A stretch of DNA of 64,000 nt from the NCBI GenBank assembly GCA_965203295.1, contig CBDBCZ010000019.1, positions 2,144,001-2,208,000 of the forward strand, given 5' to 3'. Source of the DNA: Nitrospirales bacterium. Lineage in GTDB: Bacteria; Nitrospirota; Nitrospiria; Nitrospirales; UBA8639. The notes below the pieces were generated by a model that saw only the letters and a program-made list of their open reading frames with translations, did not search any database and was not told where the DNA came from. The first letter of the stretch is position 1; every line of letters begins with the position of its first letter. This document shows, piece by piece, positions 41,645-52,161 of the stretch. The translations under genes were made by a program, and so were the position numbers.

Positions 41645-41719
41645 TGGAGCCGGCGAGTGGGATCGAACCACCGACCTGCGGTTTACGAAACCGCTGCTCT
41701 ACCACTGAGCTACGCCGGC
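41645..41719 (-). tRNA. tRNA-Thr(CGT)
   Basis: GCCGGCGTAGCTCAGTGGTAGAGC, loop TTCGTAA, GGTTCGATCC, CCA. Confidence 0.97.
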
Positions 41720-41999
41720 TCTCCATTTTTGGGAAAGGGGAAAAGGCAGGAAAATCCTTATGATTATTAATCTTTTTCATCTTATTGGGGATGTCTGCTG
41801 GTGTCAACTACCTTCCTTTTTTCGATCCCACATCGTCTGATCTACTGAAGATTCTTCCGGCAGGTACGAGGCGATGCCGGGGAAGTTTGAATCCCATTCC
41901 ATTGACAGCTAATTTTCTTCGTGGCTACAGTCTTCGACATTCGCCATTCCTAGGTTTTATCGATATTTTTCAAATAGTCTGCAGTTCCATTTCAGTGTC

Positions 42000-42848
42000 A
42001 TGTTAGAAAATTTTCTTCAGCTCATTAGACTCCGAAACCAAGTTGGAACGTTTCTCCTGTTACTTCCCTCGCTTTGGGCTATTGTTCTAGCTTCACATGG
42101 CTCGCCCTCTATCAAGCTCTTAGTTATTTTTTCGGTCGGGGCGTTTGTCATGCGAAGTGCAGGGGTCGTCGTGAATGATCTTGCTGACCAAACCTTCGAC
42201 CGCCAGGTTGCACGCACGAGGAACCGGCCGTTGGCCTCTGGAGTCTTGACGGGCTATCAGGCGCTTCTCTTTCTTTTTGCTCTTCTCATTTTCGCCGCTG
42301 GGTTGCTTTGGTTCCTCAACCCTTTAGCCGTTTGGCTGAGCCCGATTGCCCTTATCCTCGCTGTCCTCTACCCGTTCACGAAACGGGTTTTTCATCTGCC
42401 TCAATTCTTTTTAGGCTTAGCCTTTGGGTGGGGAGTCGTCATGGCATGGGCCGCCACGCGCAATCAACTTGATTTGTCCGTTTGGCTGTTATACGGCGCC
42501 ACCGTTTTTTGGGCCATCGCCTATGATACGATTTACGCGCTGCAGGATCGTGAGGATGATAGGCGCGTTGGGATAAAGTCTTCGGCTCTTTTATTTGGAT
42601 CAAAAGTCTGGATCGCTGTCGGACTTGCTTTGGGGGGAATGCTGATTTTTTTGTTGATGGCTGGAACCCAAGAAGGTTTGGGGCCAATTTATTATGGAGT
42701 ATTAGCTGGAACAGCGGGATTTTTTAGTCACCAAGTCTGGAGGTTACGTCAAGACCTGTTACCCCCAGAGGCTTTTTCCTTGTTTAGACAACATATCTGG
42801 GCTGGCAGTGCGATTCTCGTAGGAATATGGGCGGGTTCTTTTTATTAG
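42000..42848 (+). CDS. ubiA: 4-hydroxybenzoate polyprenyltransferase
   Basis: MRSAGVVVNDLADQTFDRQVARTRNRPLASG, YDTIYALQDREDD. Confidence 0.93.
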   Translation: MLENFLQLIRLRNQVGTFLLLLPSLWAIVLASHGSPSIKLLVIFSVGAFVMRSAGVVVNDLADQTFDRQVARTRNRPLASGVLTGYQALLFLFALLIFAAGLLWFLNPLAVWLSPIALILAVLYPFTKRVFHLPQFFLGLAFGWGVVMAWAATRNQLDLSVWLLYGATVFWAIAYDTIYALQDREDDRRVGIKSSALLFGSKVWIAVGLALGGMLIFLLMAGTQEGLGPIYYGVLAGTAGFFSHQVWRLRQDLLPPEAFSLFRQHIWAGSAILVGIWAGSFY

Positions 42849-42908
42849 CAGGGCAGGAGAACACTCTGCACGACAGCCTGGACTTTTTCCATGGCCTGCT
42901 GGGACTGG

Positions 42909-43970
42909 CTACTCTGGAGGCGGGATAGGCTGATCCGGTTTGGGGGCCCTGAGTGTTTCGAGATAAAAGGTCAAGGCCTTTCCATCGTCTTGTGAGATAC
43001 CAAGATTCGGCATGCGTGTATGTTTTTTCATGCCTTGGGGATACAGGATCCACCGATAAACCCATGTCGCGTTCAGTCGGAATCCTGCACGATCCAGTTC
43101 GGGCCCAACCAGGCCTCCCTGTTGATTTATACTATGGCAGGCATGACAGCCATATGTATTTTCATACAGATGCTTGCCGGCTTCTTCAAAACGAACTCGT
43201 TCTTCATCTGAGACCGTCAGATCAGGCCTCGCGACTTGACTCTGCCTCGGCCGTTTCGTGAAATTTTCAAACGCCTCTTCTGCTGCTTCAAATTTTTCCG
43301 TGACTTTTTCTAAAGCTTCTTCTTCAGGAAGGAGGACTTCCTCCTCTTCTTCATCTTCTTCGACATCTTCTTCATTCATATCGTCATCGTCATCTTCTTC
43401 TGCCGCAGCCGCAGCAGCTTCCGCTTCATCTATTTTTTGCTGAGCCGCTTCAAGAACTGCTGTCGCTTCATCAAATTCCTGCTTAGCCGCGTTATATTCG
43501 GTTTCGAGTTGTTGCTTCCGACTTTCCACATCGTAGGTCAGATCCATACCATGAAGTGTTCGAACATAGCCGACAATGGACCAAATTTCATTCTCTGATA
43601 ACGTGTACTTAAAGGTTGGCATCGTGGAAACTGCAAAATACTCATCATCATCCAAGACAGCTTGATCTGTGGTATCTCTCATCTCTCTGGAAATTGTATT
43701 GAAAATTTCCTCATCACTGAAGGTGGACATGGCTGATTTTTCGGAAAGATCTCGTGGGCGTGGATCAGGCATGGTCTCCCAATTAAATCCTTCACCTTGA
43801 CGTCCAGATTCACCGTGACAATGCATACAGTAATGATGATAGAGCTTTCGTCCCTTCGCGGTTCTTTCATCCTTGAATAATGTGCAACTGGTAGTCAGGG
43901 TAAGCAGGATCCCTACCGTGATGGCAATGAGCATGTACCACATCCGTTGTCTTTCCCGGTTCCCTTTCAT
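42909..43970 (-). CDS. Diheme cytochrome c lipoprotein with acidic linker
   Basis: Lipobox-like TTSC; CMHCH and CHACH; Asp/Glu tract between the domains. Confidence 0.9.
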   Translation of the reverse strand: MKGNRERQRMWYMLIAITVGILLTLTTSCTLFKDERTAKGRKLYHHYCMHCHGESGRQGEGFNWETMPDPRPRDLSEKSAMSTFSDEEIFNTISREMRDTTDQAVLDDDEYFAVSTMPTFKYTLSENEIWSIVGYVRTLHGMDLTYDVESRKQQLETEYNAAKQEFDEATAVLEAAQQKIDEAEAAAAAAEEDDDDDMNEEDVEEDEEEEEVLLPEEEALEKVTEKFEAAEEAFENFTKRPRQSQVARPDLTVSDEERVRFEEAGKHLYENTYGCHACHSINQQGGLVGPELDRAGFRLNATWVYRWILYPQGMKKHTRMPNLGISQDDGKALTFYLETLRAPKPDQPIPPPE

Positions 43971-44833
43971 ACCGACTGCCCTTTCCTCAGCTTTCTGACC
44001 AAGACTATCTCAAAGGCTACTGCGATGACCAGACCGAGAACCACGTAGCCATAGATGGAATTATCTGGAGGAGGCTCAGCCCGCAAATACCACCAAGAAG
44101 AGACAGCTTTCTGACTTCCCTGTTCTTTGACACTCCCATCGACGATTTCTCCATCCCAAAATGCAAAAGCCACGCTGGTCCACACTCCTGGCTCAATTTG
44201 CACATCCTGGTCGTTCTGCTCCTCTCCTGTTTTCAAGGGCCGTGAGAAGACGACTCGCCACGTTCCGTCTTGCCATACTCCGGATGCTGACACGTCTTGG
44301 TGTTGGTCACTTTGAGGGCGAAGTGTTTTAAAACCCTTTGCGCTCATATCAAGGGCCTTTTCATTCTCTTTTTTCCAATACCAGATATTGACCGGGCCAC
44401 CTTCGACTTGGAGCATTTCTTGACCATGAGCAAAATGGGCTTTCTTATCTCCAACCATAAACTCCAACGCTGCCGCATCAGCCGGACTTTCGGTGGGATC
44501 CTGGTACTCAACAAGCATGGCCATCTCTTCGCCATTATGTAGACCCCGCACGGTTACCGACTTAACGGTGGTTTCTTGAATTCGGTCTTGCCAATGAACC
44601 TGAGGAGCTAACTTAAATTCAGACGCGGGAACCGAATTCCAAGCAGAGTCCATAGGATCAGTGGATGGAAGAGCGCCATCGCTTAAATACATGCGCACAG
44701 AAACGCTCCCTGACCCACCGTCACTTGGGGGCTCACTCGCGCGCGCACCTGAAGATCCCACAATCCATATGAGAGAAAGCGTCATCAATCCTACAATGAG
44801 TATCTTTCTATCTGCCATATCTCTACTCCTCAA
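43967..44833 (-). CDS. Ethylbenzene-dehydrogenase-gamma-like heme b protein (NxrC-like candidate) with C-terminal TM
   Basis: DAAALEF, GPVNIWYWK, GTWRVVFSRPL, VAFAFWDG, QKAVSSW. Confidence 0.85.
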   Translation of the reverse strand: MRSRDMADRKILIVGLMTLSLIWIVGSSGARASEPPSDGGSGSVSVRMYLSDGALPSTDPMDSAWNSVPASEFKLAPQVHWQDRIQETTVKSVTVRGLHNGEEMAMLVEYQDPTESPADAAALEFMVGDKKAHFAHGQEMLQVEGGPVNIWYWKKENEKALDMSAKGFKTLRPQSDQHQDVSASGVWQDGTWRVVFSRPLKTGEEQNDQDVQIEPGVWTSVAFAFWDGEIVDGSVKEQGSQKAVSSWWYLRAEPPPDNSIYGYVVLGLVIAVAFEIVLVRKLRKGQSV

Positions 44834-44874
44834 TTCTCCTTTGAAAATCGGAATCCTTTTCCTTGTGGGCCAGC

Positions 44875-45600
44875 TTATTCCTCTTCTTCCCAGGTGCGTG
44901 GTGACTGATGTGCACCATCATATTCACCCATGATGATCTTCCACACGAACTCATCTGGAAGTTCCACTTCCCATCTTGGCATCGCCGATTTCCAGGGCAT
45001 TCCTTCAACCGGGAGCCCGACACCTCCTTTTTTTATCCTCCAAAAAAGGTAGGATTCTTGTAATTGGGCAATGGTTCCAGGGTCAGCAAAATTGGCGGGC
45101 GGAGGATTAAACCCCGGAGCTGCTGGGCCTTTACCATCAAAATTCGCTCCGTGACAAGGGGAACAATAAGCCGCATACAGCCCTTTCCCCATCATGATGT
45201 TTTCAGGGGTTTTAGGGTAGGGGTTTGACAACCCGACAAACTCCCCAGGAGGGGCCGGATGGATGGTACGGTTTTCCGGCGGTGGAAGGTCACTGGGCAC
45301 TATGCTAGTATACATCTGCCAGCCGACTAACAACGGAAAGAGAATTAGCACCAGAATCCTGACGATTTTGGCAAACCCTTCCTGCCCTACCCCAGCCAAA
45401 AATCGATGGATCGGTCCCATAAATAACTCAAGCGAAGCTCCACTCATCGTGTAAAAAATCATCAGGGCACTCAAAGTCAGGGCCAGGTACAACCAGATGA
45501 GACTCATCGGGAGCGGAGCCGTAATCAGTGGAAGAATAAATTTCAGGAAGACAAAGATCCCGGCAAGGGTAACGGCCGTGGTAGTAATTGGACCTTTCAT
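44875..45600 (-). CDS. Membrane-anchored cytochrome c
   Basis: Three N-terminal TM segments, CSPCH, SAMPRW. Confidence 0.9.
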   Translation of the reverse strand: MKGPITTTAVTLAGIFVFLKFILPLITAPLPMSLIWLYLALTLSALMIFYTMSGASLELFMGPIHRFLAGVGQEGFAKIVRILVLILFPLLVGWQMYTSIVPSDLPPPENRTIHPAPPGEFVGLSNPYPKTPENIMMGKGLYAAYCSPCHGANFDGKGPAAPGFNPPPANFADPGTIAQLQESYLFWRIKKGGVGLPVEGMPWKSAMPRWEVELPDEFVWKIIMGEYDGAHQSPRTWEEEE

Positions 45601-45614
45601 GGCTCTCTCTCCTG

Positions 45615-46271
45615 TTATAGACCTTCAAAAGCTAACGCGTTGGGCGTATCCATCGTTTGATTTAGGTTATGCCCATGAACAGCCTTGGAAGCCACTTCCA
45701 CTCCTTCAGGCTCCGGCTTCATGACGTCCTCTATCTTTATGCTAATGGGCTCCCCGCTCATTTTTTGTAAAAACGCAATGACCGAATAGATTTCTTGTTT
45801 GGTGAGAGCAATAGGATTTTTATTGATGTAAGGCATTCGGGCAGGATATTCCTTGGGAAGGCCTTCGTGCCGGAAATCCATATAGATATAAGACTGAGGG
45901 TCGGTCAAGCTCTCATAAATAAACTCTGGAGCCAGTTTAGACCCGATTCCTTTCAGATCCGGGCATCGGGCCGACTCACTTGGACCAATCGAATGGCACA
46001 GTGCACATTGGCCTTTGCTGAAAAAGATCTTTTGCCCGATTGAGGCGAGATCATCTGGCGACTTCACACTGGCGATGTCAAACTTTTCAACGGCCGGGGG
46101 AAGAGAGGGCGCTTGGGGGATACTGGCGCCAATATAGCTAAAGAGCCCTAACATAATGGCCACAAACCCGACGACCCTGACAAACATGGCCTTGATGAAT
46201 AGCAGGATGACGATCCCGCCCCCCACGACAAACAACGCTATCCAAGGTAAGAGTAATTCAACCTCGCTCAT
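45615..46271 (-). CDS. Membrane-anchored cytochrome c
   Basis: Two TM segments, KGQCALCH, ARCPDL, ARMP. Confidence 0.9.
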   Translation of the reverse strand: MSEVELLLPWIALFVVGGGIVILLFIKAMFVRVVGFVAIMLGLFSYIGASIPQAPSLPPAVEKFDIASVKSPDDLASIGQKIFFSKGQCALCHSIGPSESARCPDLKGIGSKLAPEFIYESLTDPQSYIYMDFRHEGLPKEYPARMPYINKNPIALTKQEIYSVIAFLQKMSGEPISIKIEDVMKPEPEGVEVASKAVHGHNLNQTMDTPNALAFEGL

Positions 46272-46363
46272 GCATCCTCGCTCATGCTAAAAGTTCAACG
46301 GCTTTTTCTCAAAATGTTTCTCGGCCCAAATTCTGCAGTACCATGACCCGCCACTACAATAAC

Positions 46364-48235
46364 TCATTTATTATCCTGCGATTTCTCTCGTTCAATTGAA
46401 CTTGGGGAACCACCTGCCATAGCCGGCGAAAGACCGGGAGCTACTTTCGGACTTTCTTCTTTGGGAGGGGCTTTCCCATTATCCCCCATCGTCGCGACCC
46501 AAAAAATAAATGCCACAAGCAGACAAAATACAAATGTGTTCAAAGACATGAACGCGGTTGCGTAACCTAGAGCAGGAGAGTATGCATACTCGGACGTATC
46601 ACGCATGACCCCATACACGTGCCAATGGACGCGGGAAGAAGAACGAGCATAACCCATGAGCGACATGAGCAAAATAACCATGACCGCATTGGAAACGAGG
46701 GTGTACCCGGCTCTCACCGGCATTTGACCCCAGATCATTTCAGTCGTGGTTTTCGCACTCTTCATGAGAACAGCAGTGAGCGGTGTAAAGGTGACCAGGA
46801 TGAACAGGACGATCAAGACTTGTACTACTGAAAGGGTATTGATTCTAAAAAGAGCCGGCACGAAGTAACCGTAAACCCCTAACACGATGATGGCGATCCC
46901 AGACACCGCGAGCAGTCCACCCATTATGGCTTTGGCAACTTTAGCCCAGGTAGCCGTCTCTTGCTTTCCAGCTCGCCAATACATGATAAAACTCATGAAG
47001 GTGACGAGAATCATGAGATTTGCCACGGTCATTTTGGCCGACATCACGCCAAATACACCCAACAGAGGATGATGCGTGCCCCCCATTTTCCGTGCTTCCT
47101 CCAGGCTGGCGACGAGTGAATGAGGCGTTATCCAGACGGCGAGCGACACCATCAACACGACAAGCATCGCCAAGATGGGCTTCTTATAACTCTGTTCAGA
47201 CCCTGGAATACGATAGGTAATACCCATCCAGAAATAATAGTTGGCCCCGAGGAACAAGACTCCAATGAGCATGGCCTGAAGGATAAAGAGCCAGGCTAAA
47301 AACCCACCCATGAGGGTAATACCCATTTGTTGGTTATATTGATAAATCTCCCGCATGAGCCAATATCCGGCAAAGGGGAGGGGCAACATACCAAATACCC
47401 CAATGAAATTACCCACATACCCCATCCAGTCATAATGGTCTCGCTCCTCACGAGAAACCGCCAAAAGATACCGAACGCCGGCATATGCTCCGCAAATGAA
47501 CCCACCCAGGACCACATTGGCAATAAACCTGTGGATATTGACTGGCCACCATGTGGGATTCCATGTCGCTGCCCATGCCCGTGCAAGGGCAGTGCCTTCA
47601 GCCACCACAACTGGACTGGCCTGGAACGTCGCCCATGAATTTGGGATAACCATAATGAAAAAGGCAAACAGATTCAACAGGAAGCCTAGGAAGATGTGAA
47701 ACCCCTTTTTATTACCTTGCATGACATCCCAGCCATACCAATAGAGATACAATGTCGCAGTTTCGAGGAGGAAGAGGATGGAATACGCAATAAAGGAGGG
47801 AAAGAACATATCCGAAAGAAAGGCCATTAACTTAGGATAGAGTCCAACCAATAGAAAAAGAAGGATTCCTCCGAACAAAGCCGTGGTCGCGTAAGCCGAG
47901 GTCAGCAATTTGGTGAATTCCTTGGCTAACTTATCATACCGTGGTTCCTTGGTTTTCCACCCCACAATCTCACAAACCCACGCAAACAAGGGAACGCCCA
48001 ACACAAACCCGGCCAAAAGCAAATGTTGCTGAGCGATGACCCATATAACATTCCGGCTTCCAACTCCAGGAATGTCACGATATTCCACCGACATGGCCTG
48101 CGTGGCTGCACCCTGTGCCAACGCCAAGCATGGCAAAACGAGAAAAGCAATAAATGCCCCCCACCCTAGGAGAGAAGACGCGCGGATATGGCGTATCGAG
48201 GTTCCCACTGTCCTAATTGCGCCCTGGAGTGTCAT
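46364..48235 (-). CDS. Cytochrome bd-like oxidase subunit I (Nitrospira type)
   Basis: AQQHLLLAGFVLGVP, LETATLYLYWY, VNIHRFIANV; about 14 TM segments; no cydB adjacent. Confidence 0.88.
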   Translation of the reverse strand: MTLQGAIRTVGTSIRHIRASSLLGWGAFIAFLVLPCLALAQGAATQAMSVEYRDIPGVGSRNVIWVIAQQHLLLAGFVLGVPLFAWVCEIVGWKTKEPRYDKLAKEFTKLLTSAYATTALFGGILLFLLVGLYPKLMAFLSDMFFPSFIAYSILFLLETATLYLYWYGWDVMQGNKKGFHIFLGFLLNLFAFFIMVIPNSWATFQASPVVVAEGTALARAWAATWNPTWWPVNIHRFIANVVLGGFICGAYAGVRYLLAVSREERDHYDWMGYVGNFIGVFGMLPLPFAGYWLMREIYQYNQQMGITLMGGFLAWLFILQAMLIGVLFLGANYYFWMGITYRIPGSEQSYKKPILAMLVVLMVSLAVWITPHSLVASLEEARKMGGTHHPLLGVFGVMSAKMTVANLMILVTFMSFIMYWRAGKQETATWAKVAKAIMGGLLAVSGIAIIVLGVYGYFVPALFRINTLSVVQVLIVLFILVTFTPLTAVLMKSAKTTTEMIWGQMPVRAGYTLVSNAVMVILLMSLMGYARSSSRVHWHVYGVMRDTSEYAYSPALGYATAFMSLNTFVFCLLVAFIFWVATMGDNGKAPPKEESPKVAPGLSPAMAGGSPSSIEREKSQDNK

Positions 48236-48267
48236 AACCCTCTCCTTCCCTTCCCTGTCTTGCCAAA

Positions 48268-49218
48268 CTAATGCTGGTGGTCCCCTTCGGAATGCTCATG
48301 ATCCTGGGACTGGCCATCCGCACCCATGGAGGCTTTTTTGCCTTCCGCTTTTCCACTTGCTGGCTTTTCTATGCCCTTTCCATTTCCGCCTGCCTGTTTT
48401 GCTTCCGCAGTCGGATCACTTTTACCTTCTTTCTTTTCCAACTCTTCGACGGTCAAGCTGGCTTGAGCCAGGACCTTCTCGGCATGCTTGAGAACTTCAG
48501 CCGGTTTAATCACCTTGACTTCTTTTCTTGAAGATAAAAACTCATACTCCTCATGAGGGTGAGGGGTGCTGACCGGCAAGAGACCCCAAAACAGAAAGGC
48601 CAAAACCACACCTGTGCCAGTAAACGCTGTGAGGAGAAGAGGTTGATCTGCAGGAACACGCAGGAGATCCCAATGGTGGACGACATCTTGATAGCTTTCT
48701 CCTGCCTGAGTCGATGCCCGAACATGCCGTTGCGCAATCGCTCCCAATCCATACAACCAACCAAGAATGAGAATAATCAACACCACCGTGGCTGCGCTCC
48801 CCCACATCACCAATTCAATGCTAATCTGCTCGGCGATGGGAAGGCCTGGAATCACATGCTCTTTCAAAAACTCTATCGTAGCAGCCGTTGCAGATTTCGC
48901 CGTTGAAACTACGGCCCCCATAATGACATAGAGCAGAGGCAAGTAAATTACATTTAAGATTGTCCATTGCCACCAAAGGGTGAGACCCAAGCCAGGTTGA
49001 GGTTCAACACGAAGTCGCTCAAAAAACACTGTTCTAGCACAGAGGCCAATGGCCCAGATATCAATGGGAACGGATAACAGGAGGAGTCCGTAGAGACCGG
49101 TTCCTTCCCAGGGATGAACTCCTGCCGCCAACATCAAGAGGGCGAGCACCAACTTGATGGGAAATCCTGTCCAAAAGCTTGGCCAAAGAACAAGAAGACC
49201 TAACTTGGTATTTGACAT
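48268..49218 (-). CDS. Hypothetical membrane protein with His-rich tail
   Basis: About 5 TM segments, PHPHEEY, C-terminal DHEHSEGDHQH; 6 bp after the cytochrome b gene. Confidence 0.75.
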   Translation of the reverse strand: MSNTKLGLLVLWPSFWTGFPIKLVLALLMLAAGVHPWEGTGLYGLLLLSVPIDIWAIGLCARTVFFERLRVEPQPGLGLTLWWQWTILNVIYLPLLYVIMGAVVSTAKSATAATIEFLKEHVIPGLPIAEQISIELVMWGSAATVVLIILILGWLYGLGAIAQRHVRASTQAGESYQDVVHHWDLLRVPADQPLLLTAFTGTGVVLAFLFWGLLPVSTPHPHEEYEFLSSRKEVKVIKPAEVLKHAEKVLAQASLTVEELEKKEGKSDPTAEAKQAGGNGKGIEKPASGKAEGKKASMGADGQSQDHEHSEGDHQH

Positions 49219-49224
49219 ATGGGT

Positions 49225-50334
49225 TTAGTCGAGAAATTCTCTGTTGATAATCGCAGAAACCGTGAATATTAATATCCCTGCCATGACGACAATCCACCCT
49301 ATCAGTGCAAAGGGCCGTTTAAAAATATTCCGCTCTGGGCTCTTATCGATAAAGGGAAGCGCGGCCAACAATGCCATAAAGGCTCCCGGAATGGCTACGG
49401 CCCCTAGAAACTGACCGAATTCCCCACCGAAAATCTTGAGACGCAGCAATTGAAAAAGGAATAAAAAGTACCATTCCGGTTCCGGATGATAATCACCGGG
49501 GTCAGGAGTCGCTTCTTCTAACAGGACTACTGGTTCAATGAAGGCTAAGCTAGCAGTGATGAGAAAGACACTGGCCATTGCGACAATGTCTTTCCAGACT
49601 TGACGAGGAAAGAAATAATCGGTTTTGGCTTTCAGTTCCTCCGGTGTTCCCCGGAAAGGTCCAGCGGGACCCGCCTTTCTGAAAAAGAATATGTGCAACC
49701 CTGCCAATCCCATTAAGGTCGCAGGGAGAATCATGACATGAATCACAAAAAATCTGCTGATGGTCATTTGCCCTGGCGTAGGGCCACCTTTGAGGAACCG
49801 GGCCATGAAATCCCCGATAATCGGTGTTTTGTCCATAATCTCGACACCCACGACGGTGGCCCAATAAGCCCGTTGGTCCCATGGGAGGAGGTAGCCTGTA
49901 AATCCAAACGCCATGACAATGCCAAACAATGCCAATCCCACTAACCAGATCAACTCCCTTGGGCTCTTATAAGCCCCCCAAAGAAACACTTGTGACATAT
50001 GGGCAAAGACCATGACCACCATGACCGAGGATCCCCAAAAATGATAACTCAGGAGGAACCAACCGTAATCGACCTCATGAATGATGTATTGGGTACTCGC
50101 ATAGGCATGGTCTGTACTGGGGACATAGTAAAACATCAACAGGATCCCGGTCACAACCTGCAAGATAAAGATGAACAGCAGGCATGACCCAAAGGCATAG
50201 GCCCAGCGTGACCCACCAGGGATAGGCTCGTTGAGCATCTTGGCCTGAATCGTCTTCAGCCCGACACGCTCATCAACAAAGGCCACAACCTTCTCAAATG
50301 GGCTCTGCGCCGTTACATTGGGTTGACCATTCAT
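49225..50334 (-). CDS. qcrB: Cytochrome b of the bc complex
   Basis: SYHFWGSS, AHMSQVF, TGYLLPWDQRAYWA, RFFVIHV, PEWYFL. Confidence 0.95.
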   Translation of the reverse strand: MNGQPNVTAQSPFEKVVAFVDERVGLKTIQAKMLNEPIPGGSRWAYAFGSCLLFIFILQVVTGILLMFYYVPSTDHAYASTQYIIHEVDYGWFLLSYHFWGSSVMVVMVFAHMSQVFLWGAYKSPRELIWLVGLALFGIVMAFGFTGYLLPWDQRAYWATVVGVEIMDKTPIIGDFMARFLKGGPTPGQMTISRFFVIHVMILPATLMGLAGLHIFFFRKAGPAGPFRGTPEELKAKTDYFFPRQVWKDIVAMASVFLITASLAFIEPVVLLEEATPDPGDYHPEPEWYFLFLFQLLRLKIFGGEFGQFLGAVAIPGAFMALLAALPFIDKSPERNIFKRPFALIGWIVVMAGILIFTVSAIINREFLD

Positions 50335-50357
50335 GAATAAACCGTCACATCGTTAAG

Positions 50358-51302
50358 CTAAAGGATCCGAATTTGCCCTTTGACACCAGCTTTATATTCG
50401 ACATCAATGACTTTAATATCTCCGGCCGCACTGAGCTGAATGGGAAGGACATCAAGGCCCCTTGGGGCAGGACCGTCCAGGACTTTGCCCGAAGCATCAT
50501 AAATACTGAGGTGACAGGGACACAAGAAGATAGGTTCAGGCAATTTTTTAATTTTTCGCCATTTATACCCGCACCCTAAATGAGGACATTTCCCTGAATA
50601 GGCGATAAAAGGGATATTAGGTTTATTGACCCAGACTAAGTCGCCTTTGTGATCGTAGAATTTTTTTTCTTTTTTTCCATAGACCTCTGTCAGGAGAGCG
50701 GGAGTGGCTTTGACAACCCATACATTTTTCTCAATGTTCTGGGCTGGCATAAAGGCTTCTTTAAACTTGCGTTTAAATTTAAACTGGACCCCGGAGTCTT
50801 CCTTTTTGATTTTCTTTACATTTCCAACGTTAAACCAATTATTATCAAAGGGGACATACATCGGCTTCATCAGGTATTTCAGAACCGGAAACGCAAGAGG
50901 TAGCGCAATCAAAGTCCCAATGGCATGAGTCATATTGGTAAAAAAGGTCCGACGTGGCACATCCCTCTCCAAACACGGGAGGGGAACCAAGATTTCACCA
51001 GGCTCAACATGGAGGTGATCTTCTAAATGGGCAATTTCCACTTCCTTTGTGGTCACATATTGGTCCCTATCAAGCGTTGGAAACCTTCCTAACTCCTCCG
51101 ACGAAAACCTGAGGCTCACTTCTTCCTCACTGACGACCTCTTGAATCTCGGTAGTCGGGATCAACCTCTCTATCCCTTGCCCCCCTTGTTCCCGAATCAC
51201 CACATGGCTGATTTGGTGGGACAACGGGTCGACAATGACCTTGGCAATCTCACCAACCTCTCTGTCTGAACAGCAGGCTTTGGCGGTTAATTTTGGTTGC
51301 AT
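50358..51302 (-). CDS. qcrA: Rieske Fe-S subunit with N-terminal PRC-barrel-like domain
   Basis: Internal Tat motif PRRTFF, CPHLGC, CPCHLS, GPAPRGL. Confidence 0.93.
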   Translation of the reverse strand: MQPKLTAKACCSDREVGEIAKVIVDPLSHQISHVVIREQGGQGIERLIPTTEIQEVVSEEEVSLRFSSEELGRFPTLDRDQYVTTKEVEIAHLEDHLHVEPGEILVPLPCLERDVPRRTFFTNMTHAIGTLIALPLAFPVLKYLMKPMYVPFDNNWFNVGNVKKIKKEDSGVQFKFKRKFKEAFMPAQNIEKNVWVVKATPALLTEVYGKKEKKFYDHKGDLVWVNKPNIPFIAYSGKCPHLGCGYKWRKIKKLPEPIFLCPCHLSIYDASGKVLDGPAPRGLDVLPIQLSAAGDIKVIDVEYKAGVKGQIRIL

Positions 51303-51328
51303 AAATTAGGAGTTACCTTCAGTAATCA

Positions 51329-52141
51329 CTACTTCATCTTGATGGGTTTTGGTGTGTTGACGGAAACATCTTTCAACGTGGCGAGGAAGGCCACAAGGGC
51401 GTCCACTTCGCTATCTTCCATCAAATCTTTGTATTTATCAGGCATCTTGCCCTTCTTGTATTGTTTATCAAACCCCTCCGCCATCCAAGTCTTTGGCAAG
51501 AGAATCTTCTCCTTGAGTTGCTCCGGGGTCATCAGATTCCCGATGTTATCAAGCTTAGGGCCACGCTTTTTCCCGCCTTGTCCGAAGAGTTTGTGGCAGT
51601 TATAACATTCCTGAAGATCCCACTGTTCTTTTCCAAGAGCCACAAGATCCCCAGACGCTGCAGCCATTCCCAAGGATGATCCTAACGTCTCCTCGACAAC
51701 TACCGCTCCGACTCCTAGTGATTTCAACTGTTTAGAAATAGATTCGGCCTTTTCATCCAACGCTTTTGCCCTGGCAATCAGTTCTTCTGCTTTCCCTTGT
51801 TTGGTCTTCGCTCGTTTGGCTCTGAGTATTTTTTCAATCTTTCCTTTTTCATCCTCAGGGTCATACTGAGGCAGCAAGGTGCCACCCGCAATATACGCGC
51901 CAGAAATAACGGCATAAAACAATAGAATCGCAACGATGGCTTTTCCCCCCTCCAATCGTTGAATGGATGGGGCATCCAAGAGGATAAATACAAAAGCTCC
52001 AAGAAGCGCGTAAATAAAGAACATCACCTGGAAGACATCTGGAAAGTGAGTCATTCTGGAGATTACGACAAGGCCAATACCAACTATGACCCCGATCACT
52101 GCCTTTTTCATGACGTTTTTCATCATACTAGGTTGAGGCAT
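51329..52141 (-). CDS. Membrane-anchored cytochrome c
   Basis: Three TM segments, CYNCH, KMP. Confidence 0.9.
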   Translation of the reverse strand: MPQPSMMKNVMKKAVIGVIVGIGLVVISRMTHFPDVFQVMFFIYALLGAFVFILLDAPSIQRLEGGKAIVAILLFYAVISGAYIAGGTLLPQYDPEDEKGKIEKILRAKRAKTKQGKAEELIARAKALDEKAESISKQLKSLGVGAVVVEETLGSSLGMAAASGDLVALGKEQWDLQECYNCHKLFGQGGKKRGPKLDNIGNLMTPEQLKEKILLPKTWMAEGFDKQYKKGKMPDKYKDLMEDSEVDALVAFLATLKDVSVNTPKPIKMK

Positions 52142-52161
52142 TCTCTTCCCCCGTTGGTTTC

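Noticed and set aside
41820..41832. TTCGATCCCAC matching the tRNA-Thr T-arm as a possible att site
   Set aside because: Only 11 bp, inverted relative to the tRNA, no integrase nearby
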